Shown here piece by piece: positions 1 through 10,300 of a stretch of 63,567 nucleotides of DNA. Below the pieces are notes generated by a model. That model was not told the origin of the DNA. It saw only the letters and a list, made by a program, of their open reading frames with translations, and ran no database searches. The position numbers and the translations under genes are program-made. Source of the DNA: Phoronis australis (lineage: Eukaryota; Animalia; Phoronida); the NCBI GenBank assembly GCA_002633005.1, contig NMRA01000792.1:47271-110837 (forward strand). The letters are read 5' to 3'. Position 1 is the stretch's first letter. Each line of letters starts with the position of its first letter.

Positions 1-362
1 ATTCGATTGGCTAGAACCGTGTCCTGTGTACTATACTGCTTTAGTAACATAGACTGCCACGTCCACGGAAAACCTTTATACAAGTCATCAAACCCGTCCT
101 CAGGCGGAGTGTCAGTCATTGCTGGCACGAGAGTAGTCTTTAATATTTTCAACACTTCCATGGGAAGAGCTAGACGAAATGCACAAATTTCCTCGGCATA
201 ACACTCCGGCTTCCAATGTCTCCTGTCGTCTGCTTCATACTCAGATTTCCGCCAACCCTGCAGTGTGCAAAAATCTCCAAATACCTGTAACCACAATTCA
301 ACTGACTCTCGCTTGTCATCACAAGCCTGCAGATCAAGCTTTGGTGGTTTAGTTTTTGACAT
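1..362 (-). CDS. Gypsy-type LTR retrotransposon gag, N-terminal part (runs off the left window edge)
   Basis: ATG at 362, just downstream of the PBS. The frame is open for 120 codons to the window edge: MSKTKPPKLDLQACDDKRESVELWLQVFGDFCTLQGWRKSE...AFRLALPMEVLKILKTT...LLKQYSTQDTVLANR, a gag-like PPxL...W..W...F pattern. Absent from the ORF track because no stop lies inside the window. Confidence 0.8.
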   Translation of the reverse strand, partial: MSKTKPPKLDLQACDDKRESVELWLQVFGDFCTLQGWRKSEYEADDRRHWKPECYAEEICAFRLALPMEVLKILKTTLVPAMTDTPPEDGFDDLYKGFPWTWQSMLLKQYSTQDTVLANR

Positions 363-370
363 TTTTCGTG

Positions 371-388
371 ATCCCACTCCTGACACCA
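371..388 (-). promoter_or_regulatory. Primer-binding site complementary to the 3' end of tRNA-Leu
   Basis: The minus strand reads TGGTGTCAGGAGTGGGAT, the typical Leu-tRNA PBS of metazoan Gypsy elements, located between the LTR and the gag ATG. Confidence 0.85.
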
Positions 389-394
389 AGTTGA

Positions 395-506
395 TGTTGA
401 CGGATTTTGTATGTGATAAAATACACACAGTCTTAGACGGAAGCCATCTTTATTCCAACTCCCTCCACTAGCGCCACCTAACAGTTACATAACTAACTAC
501 TCAACA
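395..506 (-). mobile_element. 5' LTR (about 112 bp) of the Gypsy element
   Basis: On the minus strand it starts TGTTGA and ends TCAACA (6-bp terminal inverted repeat, TG..CA rule), contains AATAAA, and lies 6 nt before the PBS. Confidence 0.75.
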
Positions 507-529
507 TTAGCACCTCATTGGCAAATGAT

Positions 530-770
530 CCCCTCCCCTGGTCGACAGAGTCTATTCTCCCTGGTCGACACCTTGAGCACATCCGACAGTCGACAAAGGT
601 TCAATGACTTCCCTTGTACCTCCTCGCCGGGGCGCACCTCCCCCTGATCGACAAAGGCTCCTTGCGCCCCCCTCTCCTGTCGACATAATATCCTAAGTGC
701 CCCCTCCCCGGTCGAAAAATGGCTCTGATCCTTTATCCCCCGTTAACATCTTCTTGGCGCCCCCCTTGGC
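530..770. repeat. Degenerate C-rich tandem repeat with a recurring CCCCTGGTCGAC core
   Basis: About six GTCGAC/ATCGAC-centred units preceded by C-runs. Confidence 0.55.
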
Positions 771-2279
771 TGGTTTGTAATCCTCCCGCCAACATCGCCA
801 CCTTTCCCTCGGCCAGTCCCTAGCTTAAAAATTATTTAATTGCCACTATATTGGCCCAGACCACCACTCAGACCGGTGGATTCATTATTCGGTAGCGAAC
901 CCAGTAACTCCCCAGGAGGTCACACCCAGACATAAACATCGATCTGCGTTAGTATCGAACATTGTTGAAAGATCCCCTATTGCGCGGGGTATCATGTCAC
1001 GGCCTTTCATTGCATACATATAGATCAAATAATTTTTGACAGAGGCATTGACAGCCTTTGAAAGTACATTGTACAATCTGTAAATCTGTTCATGTCAGTG
1101 TTGAGTCGAGTAGACAGTTTGGACGACAAAACCTTACACTATTGGATTCGAGTACGCTCAAGTTAGTAACGGGCAGCTCAGTTGATACCGTTTCTCAATG
1201 CTGGAGTGCACTGATAGGCCGTAAACTGTAATAATTTCGTAAAATGTAACATCTGTTATATTTTATGTCATTGTTACATTCTAAGTTGCTAGGCCTCTCC
1301 TTAAATGTAACAAGTTTTTACATTTTATGTAATTATTACAATTTACGTAGAATGCACATGCAAGAAATGTACCATTTTACGAAAGCAACGTGATATTTCA
1401 TGAGTTTGCATGGTGTTTGTCACACGGGGAAAAACGGTTCACATTCTTAATTACTTCTTTCTTGGATTGTTGGAATGAAATTCTTTCAAATCAGTGTGCC
1501 AGGTAGAATTTATGCATGTAGATGTGTCCTTGTGTGCTTTCCATGTTTTTTTACATGAGTAGTTTCATGGTACAATCAAAAATGTACAGCGTACAGTTTC
1601 AACTCCACACAAAAGGAGTTTCCAGGATCAGGTAACAATTTTTTTATTGTTAAAGCGTTCTTGCAATCTTTTGTTTACGCTCACAGGTCCTAAACCAATT
1701 GTGTATCAGGCATTACAGTAAACAATCCCTTGATAAGCACAACAACCGACATCGTATTTGACTAATATAGCATTTCTTTGGGAACAAACGACAATAACCA
1801 AATTTTTTATGGAGAATTCAATTTCGGAAGTCAGTTTGATAGAAAAAACACCCGTTTTAGTTCACAATGGTTTGGTTTATTTCGGCAAGTGTTTTATTGC
1901 CTTGGAGTCATCGCTATAATGCAGTAATTGCCCTGTTTCACACAAAAGGAGCAAAACCAAAGTTTCTGATGCCGACGGGTTCTGTCTACCACGAATGACA
2001 ATTTCTTAAAGACGTGGTGGAAGGAAATTAAAGCAACAGCAAATATCGCCTTTGAGAAGGGAGAGACAATAGTTTAAAAAATGGCGGTATAGTAACGTGT
2101 TTTGTACTGCTGAAATGCTGAAAGAAATATTATTATTACTATGATGTCACGCCTGTCTGAAATACTGGTGGTAAAAGCAGGTCAAACCGTGACGTGTGTA
2201 CGTGCATGCTAGCTGGGGAAATAGAAAAATATTTTGCACTCTGAAGAGACATGATTTATCCTCAAGCCTCGTCTAGCAT

Positions 2280-3372
2280 GACGGCCGGCGTTTTCCCGTT
2301 CAGTGACTTTACCAGACGTAGAGGGTTGTGAGTGTGTGATAGCATCTAGCTTCTTTGATAGTTGCCAAGCGCAGTCTTTTGTCTGGTATGACAACAGGCA
2401 GGCCAATTATCTACCAGGCTTACTACAGACCACAACTGAACACAGTCAAACCCAAAGCGAATTGGTACGTTCGGAAAGAATAGATTGTTGTAATTTCCGT
2501 TGTACTTGTACGATTTTGGCGACTCAAAAACTAAACATGATCACCATTTGTTGACATTACGGCGTTTTCCCGTTGCTTCCAACTTGTTCGATTCTATAGC
2601 CCAACAACAAGTTGGGAAGTTTACCCTTGTAGCCAATATCTTACACGACTGATTAACTACATTCTGGCATTTATGGTTGGAGGGCCAGCTCTCTTTTCTT
2701 CGATAATTACTCTAATCTCCAATTATAAGATCGTATCTACACTGACGGGCTGTTAAAAGTGAAGTTGTAATATATTTGAACCTGAACCAATAGCATTTCT
2801 GAAATTTCCGTCAAATGGTGATCATATTTAGTTTTGGAATCGCCAAAATCGCCCAACTGCAACCGAAGTTATGATAATCTATTCTTTCTGAATGTACCAA
2901 TTCCGTCGCTCTGGCGGGTTTGATGGTCGTGTTCACACGTGGTCTGTAATAAGTCTGGTAGATAATTGGCCTGCCTGTTGCCATAACAGACAAAAGACTT
3001 TGCTTAACACTGAAGAAGATATAATATAATATAGATGTTATCACACGCTCAGAACCCCCTTCGTGTCTTGCAAAGTCACTGAACGGGTAAACGCTGTCGT
3101 GAGGATTTCAGAAATGCTATTGTTTTATGTTCAAATATGTTATAACTTAACTTTTATTTTTAACAGCACAGCCCACTCAGGCTAGATACGATCATATTGG
3201 AGATTAGAGCAATTATCGAACAAAAGACCTAGAGTTGGCTCTCCAACCATAAACGCCAGGAAGGAGTTAATCAGTCGTGTAAGGTATTGGCTACAGGGGT
3301 CATCTTCCCTACTTGTTGTTGGGTTGTAGAATCGAACAAGTTAGGAGCAACGACTGAGAAAACGCCGTAATG
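2280..3372. mobile_element. Two copies of an approximately 500-bp MITE, one inserted inverted into the other
   Basis: Segment order is A(2280-2555), B(2556-2806), A-rc(2810-3099), B-rc(3105-3372). A single intact B+A-rc copy sits at 49601-50097. TIR core GGCGTTTTCCCGTT / AACGGGAAAACGC. Confidence 0.75.
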
Positions 3373-4379
3373 GATCGATAGTTTAACGGAGTAATAGTCC
3401 AACAGAGCTGACTGTCGGCCTTTTGGACGATAAAAGCACTTTCTCTTTCTATTATCTTTTATGTTAAAATATGAATTTAAATTGCTATGTTCATTAGTTC
3501 GAAGTACATATCAATAAAGACAAATATTGGGCATTCTAGTTATTATTATTGGGCGCCAAAGTCACGTGTCTGGTGAGCCGCCATTTTTGTGTTGCAGCTC
3601 GCAGATCAGGGGATTTGGTTTATTAACCATTTTGATTCATTGCATAAAATGCTTATATTATTAAACATCGCTGATTTCGACGTTGTCCGTTTTTGCTCCA
3701 TGCAATCCACTTTCAATGAAACCCATTTCAAATCATTATGTGAAATCATTGTGTTTTTTAGGAATATTGGGGCCCGTTCCACATAAAATTGTTTTGTATG
3801 TCCGTTATCAGCTCAGTATTCTAATGACACGGTGACTACTCGTTAGTTCTCAAAAATGCCCAGAATTCAACTTAACGCAATTTTTAACTTACACATCATC
3901 GTGGAGCGATCCTCAGTTCTTTGAAAAAGATTTATGTTCAACACGAGACAGCACGTTTAGATGTAATTAATTAAGTCGCGAGTAAAATATTGTGGTCTGA
4001 ATTCAGTTCTTCGTGGCCCAACTACAAAAAGATGTAATTATATTTACAAACAATACAGTGCTTGCCGATAGTTCAGAAATAATCAAGTTGGTGTACATGT
4101 ACGTCTAACCAAGATTTCAAATCTCAGCCTCCTCGTTACCAAAAAGTAGGCCTACTCTGCATCATCCATGCACAGTTGTCAAAACGTTTCTGAACAAGAA
4201 CCCCCTTAAAATCCTTTTGGAACAGCACTCGCTGTCCACTATGGAAAGCCCGATGAAAACATTAAACCATAAATGAGATGATTTTAAAATTTTTGGGGAC
4301 CATGTAGCACTGTACTAAACACTGTCCCCGTTAAAAAGTAAATTTAAAAGTAAAAATAATATAATGACGATAACGAAAA

Positions 4380-4460
4380 CGAGTAATAGTATATTAGTAA
4401 TACAGTAATAGTAATAATAATAATAGTAGTAATATAATACTAATAAATATGATAATAAGA
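4380..4460. repeat. (TAA/TAG)n low-complexity repeat
   Basis: GTAATAGTAATAATAATAATAGTAGTAAT runs. Confidence 0.8.
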
Positions 4461-4839
4461 ATAGCCACTGAGTGAAATTCCAATGTCGTGTCAAGCCCGG
4501 AGGGCAGCTATCACGTGAAACTGATGTAGGCCTATAACAACTTCTACGTAAAATGTACTGAACTTGTTACACTGTTAGAGATGCTTAACAACGTAAAATG
4601 TAACAATGACGTAAAATGTATCAACTGTTACATATTACGAAATTGTTACATTTTACGGCGTATCGGTGCACCACGCATTGGCAGACAAAATCGATGCCAG
4701 TGTGTGACCGGCACTCTGAATCGCAAAGCTTGAGATCTAGAGACCATCACGTTGTATATCTTTGTAACTTATTCAGTATTTAAATTAATGGTTTTAGACA
4801 ACACCCTCTTATTCATAGGCGTTTAATTACCGTGAACGT

Positions 4840-5280
4840 CAGGCCTGTGACCCAAGGGCCGGGCGCGGGCCGCCGTATAGCGGGTGTAGGCCTATAGGCC
4901 TACTAGCCTGCCGGCGGGCTCCCGGTCCGAGGTCAGCCAATCGAGGACTGCCGTGGTTATAAAATTCATAGACATCTTTAAATGATCTTAAAACACCTTG
5001 TTTCGACAAATAAGATAGTCGTCTTACGAATAAGGTTTAACGTGAGTGAACCACGTTTCCCGACAGGGCTGATCTAGCCGCTTGGACGGCCTCATCAGCT
5101 GACTACAAGCGTAAATAGTAGTAAACAGACCATACTGTAGTCGTTAGGCGAGGGAACTTTCCCACTGCGCATGCTCCAATAAACAAAAATTCCAATATGG
5201 ACGTTTGTGGATGTTTTGAGGGTTGCTATTCGAGCGATGTTTTCCCTCTTATCTGATGATGTATTCGAGTTAAATTAAAG
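4840..5280 (+). promoter_or_regulatory. Putative INPP5E promoter and first non-coding exon
   Basis: Local CpG/GC enrichment, GGGAACTTTCCC (5152-5163), an NRF1-like TGCGCATGC (5166-5174), and a splice donor AAG|GTACGC after 5280. Confidence 0.45.
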
Positions 5281-5366
5281 GTACGCTTTCGTAAATGATT
5301 TCGTTATATTTTTGATATTTCGTTTAAAACATAACTGGATTAGTTGACTGAAACTCATTAAACTCC

Positions 5367-5660
5367 GTTCGACCACGGCGACTAGACAAAGTTCCAAACT
5401 ACCCACCAGGCAATTGTTCCTGACTTGTTGTAAACAGTGACCACCGCCTCCAGCTGGTTCTGCTTTATTAAAATCTGTTCGACCACGGCGACAAGACGAA
5501 GTTCCAAGCTACCAATTGTGTCTTGACTTGCTAGTAGACAGTGACCACCGTCTCTAGCTATCTCGGAGTCAGTAGAGCTGAACCAGTAGAGACGGTGGTC
5601 ACTGCAACATGCCACTGCCAGTAGACAGTACACCGTCTTAAAGTGGTAGTAGTAGACACG
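5367..5660. repeat. Imperfect tandem repeat (about 110-bp unit, two copies) plus inverted sub-units
   Basis: GTTCGACCACGGCGAC..AGAC.AAGTTCCAA.CTACC occurs at about 5367 and 5477; ACAGTGACCACCG and its inverse CGGTGGTCA recur. Confidence 0.55.
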
Positions 5661-5868
5661 GTGGTCATATCATAGGCCCTCTAGATACCTGCCTGAAGCT
5701 TTTCGACGAATTATGCTCTACACTGATTAAACCATCAAAGTCGTCACAATTAAGTCTATCCTTGGCCTCATCTGACATCTGGCTAACAGCAAGCTTAATC
5801 TTCCTTCATGAAGTAACATAGATAGATAGTCGATCAAGGAGTGCCTCCATCTGGGGCACCCGCTTACC

Positions 5869-6342
5869 NNNNNNNNNNNNNNNNNNNNNNNNNNNNNNNN
5901 NNNNNNNNNNNNNNNNNNNNNNNNNNNNNNNNNNNNNNNNNNNNNNNNNNNNNNNNNNNNNNNNNNNNNNNNNNNNNNNNNNNNNNNNNNNNNNNNNNNN
6001 NNNNNNNNNNNNNNNNNNNNNNNNNNNNNNNNNNNNNNNNNNNNNNNNNNNNNNNNNNNNNNNNNNNNNNNNNNNNNNNNNNNNNNNNNNNNNNNNNNNN
6101 NNNNNNNNNNNNNNNNNNNNNNNNNNNNNNNNNNNNNNNNNNNNNNNNNNNNNNNNNNNNNNNNNNNNNNNNNNNNNNNNNNNNNNNNNNNNNNNNNNNN
6201 NNNNNNNNNNNNNNNNNNNNNNNNNNNNNNNNNNNNNNNNNNNNNNNNNNNNNNNNNNNNNNNNNNNNNNNNNNNNNNNNNNNNNNNNNNNNNNNNNNNN
6301 NNNNNNNNNNNNNNNNNNNNNNNNNNNNNNNNNNNNNNNNNN
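5869..6342. other. Assembly gap (474 N)
   Basis: Run of n characters. Confidence 1.
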
Positions 6343-6772
6343 AATTTACAAAAGTGGCCGAAAGTGTTAGCAAATGAAACGCGTCAAAGATCGATTCTGC
6401 ATATCCCATGTTCACGCGACTTGCTTACAAGTCATCGAGAGAGCTGTTCTCGGTTAGTGTTCTTTTGAACTTGTATTTGGCAACAACCAAATAACGGTCG
6501 GTTTAACAAGAGCTGCTTTGTATTTGCCAGGTATCTGATGAGAAGTGTAAAAACTCAGCTCGCATTCGTAGGAAATTCCAGGTCGCATTTTGCGACTTTA
6601 TACGAGCTGACAAAAATCTCAGCTCGCATTTCCAAATTTCAGGTCGCAAATGCGACATGCAGCTCGTTATGTCGAGCCCTGTTAAGGGATCTATGAACTG
6701 ACGTCCATTATGTATATATTATTAAACTTGTTGTAGTTGTTTTCATCTTAGTTGATCTTCATTGTTATACAG

Positions 6773-6881
6773 TGACATAATACTCTGGAGAGAGTGTGGT
6801 CACTTGAACCAAGCAGCATGATAATCTAAGTTTTGTGGAGAAAAGATCATGAATAGAGTTGTGGAAAACTGGTAACTCAAG
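6773..6881 (+). other. Possible INPP5E 5'UTR exon
   Basis: Pyrimidine-rich tract ending ATACAG before 6773 and donor CAAG|GTATTT after 6881; no transcript evidence available. Confidence 0.3.
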
Positions 6882-7295
6882 GTATTTGCTTTAATTGCAA
6901 ACTTTTTACTCATTTCCTGTGTGGTGGCGCTTCAGTCCGTACAGCTAGTTGCTTGCCTAGCTGTATATTTGAAGCTTCACTCTAGACTGGATATAAACCA
7001 TCAAAGTTGTGCGGTTGTAATTGGGAAGTAATGTTCGGCTGTTGATGAATATTTGAATGAGATGTATAGTGAATATTTAAACTGTGACGAAGTTGAACTA
7101 ACATGTAGTTCTAGAAAAAATTTACTTATTTGGGCCTACTTGTTTTCTATGGTTTAGCTAAGAAATTGTGGTTCCCATTGAGAAACGTGCTTCCTCAAGT
7201 AATGTTAGATAATTGCAAGATTTCCTGCACGTTGTGAACTTATGCCTCCGGTGTTAAATGCTAGTGATTTGTGTATGATTGACAGTCATTCCAAG

Positions 7296-7367
7296 ATGGA
7301 AGTTGAAGAGGATTCCAGGCCACGCCCAGCACCAAGGAGACTAGCCGGTGTGACGAAACCAACTCAG
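7296..7367 (+). CDS. INPP5E: INPP5E coding exon 1 ([24 protein letters not shown])
   Basis: Acceptor GACAG at 7285, AAGATGG start context, CAG|GTAAGA donor, phase 0 matching the next exon. Confidence 0.7.
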
Positions 7368-10300
7368 GTAAGAACAATTAGGACAGTGTAAATTATCACT
7401 TTGTGTGTAAGATCTTGTCAACACTTTAACGGAGGTGCCGACGTAAGTGAGTAAACGCAAAAGATACAAGTTGAAAAGGTGGAATACAAGTGCAAAAGGC
7501 TTACTTGTACAGAACATCTGGGTTTTTTCGTCACATTTTACGAGAACAAATCCAAAAATACAAGACAGTCACTTGACTGTATTTTTTCGAGCAGAGATTT
7601 TTGGCTCTGTCGAGTTCTGCAAAACGTTTGTTTGTGTAGCCAGTTATTAACGCCTTGATTTTTACTCGTCAATAAAAGTGTTTTCTGAAAGTAGAAAGCC
7701 TGTAAAACTGATTTTTGACTTTTACCAATCTGGGTTTAATTGAACGTGACCATGTCCTTGTGTGTAAAATGTAAGAAAATTTACTGGTACATTGGGTGTA
7801 ATAACATGGTTGAATTTCATTTGTTATAGTTGGTCAGGATGAAAAAAACAAAGGCGCTGTTTTCATAATTATCGTGTTTTGTAACTTTTCCATTTTTATG
7901 TAATTTTTTTATTTTGAAGTGTTAGTTTTGATTTCTCCTCCAGCAAAATTGAGACATTTTGAAAGCAATTCATAGCAGCATTTTGCAGAATAGCCCTTAC
8001 AACACAGTATCTGAAGGTCCCATATGAATTCCATCAGCCATTTACGAGTTAGGTTTAATGCGAACTTAACATTTTCCTATTCTCTCAAATAACCTTATGA
8101 ATATTAATTAGCTTTCATTAGGTAAAACGGGACATTGTAGAAGTCTTTTTAGTAGTTGTCCACAAAGACTTGGATCTTTGAATCATTGAAACTGAGGGTA
8201 AAATGAAAACAAAAAAATCCGGCAATTATTTTTGTCAGAAATTTGTGAGATTTTAGTGTTGAGACGTAATGATCTGCTCTTGCAAGTGTTGAACAACTTG
8301 CTTGCATTCTTTGAAATCTTGTCTTGAATTTTTCATGACTGTTTTTACTGTATACTAAACCATTAAGAAGATCCATCTTTATCTTCAGGAACCTCCCATG
8401 GAAGATAGTTTAGAAGATCTGACACCAAGGTTTCGTAAGAGGAAAAAGTCGGCGCTCTCGCGACTTACACAACATATGAAAGATGCTGACCCCAGTAAGG
8501 AAGATGACTCTAGCTCGCTGAAAGAGAGCGCTAGCAAACTAGGATCGAGTGCTCTTCGCGATAGCAACATATTCGATATTGATGATCTCCTACCCGATGG
8601 AAATGTCGGGGAACAGAAACCAATTAAAACGGATAGGACTAGTGTCGTCAAATCAGTGATTAGTGAAGGATTGGAAGACATTACGGGTGGTAGTGAGGAA
8701 GTGTCGGAGAGGACATTGGACACGCCTCCTGTTGTCTTGTCTGACGCTGAGTCAGATGCTGACACACCAAGGACGAGGAAAAAGAAATCAAGTTTGTCGA
8801 AGCTTTTGGCTAAAAAGAAAGTGGGTTCTCAGGAGTCTATTAAAGACATCATGGAAGTTGAGAGGTCAAGTCTGAGCACTGAGACTCCCATTCCTGAAGT
8901 GGATGAGGTAGTCAATTATAAAAATGTGAAAGGTATGTTTTGTATGTTTGCCTACGTGTTCCAGCTTCCGTATCTGCCAAAATATTTGCGCTGCCGAGAA
9001 TAAGCCAACCCCTATTTTGGAGCTCTCAATTACTAGCCCACAGGCTTATACTTGATCATAAACTGAACATTTTGTATCGAGCAGCAACAATCTGTCAGGC
9101 GTTTCCAACTCCAAATATCACTTTTCGTCTGAGATGGAACTTCTCGACACCAGTTACGAATAGGTCTCGACATGTTCCTTACTCAGCTTTGGCTGATTTC
9201 TGGGCTTGAGAAGAACTAGCTTCTAGTTTATTAAATCAGTTTTTGGCCACAGTAATTGTTGTAAATATGATCCTGATGATGTCTAAAGGAAAAGACGAAA
9301 TTTTGAATTGAACATGAACTTTTGTATTTGTGCGGCTATCGTCCGGTTTTTAGACTTCTCGTTTGTCATTGCTCAATACCATGCTCAGCACCTAGGCTGA
9401 CTTGCCACATATTGTTGTAAATGGTCCGGAGCAGTAACGCAGGATAAGTTCTTCTAAAATTTAGAATTCACTTCTCATTTGATTTGAAGAACAAGTCATT
9501 GTAAGTGGTCTAAGATTGCGATTATTTTTGACGAAGGCTGGGTTTAATGCACCTTTAAATGTTCATTCTGATTACAGTGGAGCCCAGTTAGTGTCCTGTC
9601 ATATAATAGAATGTCCTTGTTATTGTCGTGAAATGTCAAATAGGGAACCATTTTCCTGTAATGTCATGTAGAATAACCGGCGTAATATCATGATGTGCTG
9701 TCATTTTTTCGTATATTATTAAAAACCAGAATAATTGATTCTCACATGATTATAAGCATGCATAGCTATTTTTCCATCGAACAAAATTAATTCAATATGC
9801 CTGATCCGAACTTGGCAGCTGGGGTAAATGTCAGTCGTTTCCTTTTTAACGGTCATACTCTCAGACTCTCCACGTAGCATGACGAGCTTGTAAGAGTGGT
9901 TACGATCGTCACCATGTCAGAACCTGCTTATCTCATTATGATTCACGGCAAAACCAAGGGTTTCACATGAAGAGGGCGCCACTGTTGCCTTTCCTTTTCT
10001 GAGTTAGTATTGCACTTGTTCTCTAGTAATAGAAGCTAATTACTGCTTCGCCATAATTTCAGAACCAGTATTGAGGTCGACTCCAGCTCGGAACAAGGTG
10101 TTTCCAATTGGCGAGCCATTGAAACCTGACACGGACATTTCATTGTTCAATCGTCATAATCCCGGCAATAAGCTGTCTAAGGGTATTGACAATCAGCTGC
10201 TGGATGTTACTACGGGCGTCTCAAAAACGGTGACTGACAATAAGCCATCATACAATGAGGCTCGCAATATAGTAAACGACCTAACGGACGATGAAAACGT

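Larger units (their letters stand above)
1206..4671. mobile_element. Non-autonomous DNA transposon with long (about 130-145 bp) imperfect TIRs
   Basis: 1206-1350 (GTGCACTGATAGGCCGTAAACTGTAATAATTTCGTAAAATGTAACA...) is the reverse complement of 4544-4671 (...TGTTACATATTACGAAATTGTTACATTTTACGGCGTATCGGTGCAC); both contain internal AAAATGTAAC sub-repeats. Confidence 0.6.

Noticed and set aside
5060-5105. Hammerhead-ribozyme-like CTGATGA-GGCCG...CGGCT on the minus strand
   Set aside because: The stem is followed by AGAT rather than the required GAAA, and no stems I/III were found.
5841-6415. 178-aa and 183-aa ORFs in the track
   Set aside because: Artefacts of the N gap.
8385-8765. 126-aa minus-strand ORF
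   Set aside because: Antisense shadow of INPP5E exon 2.
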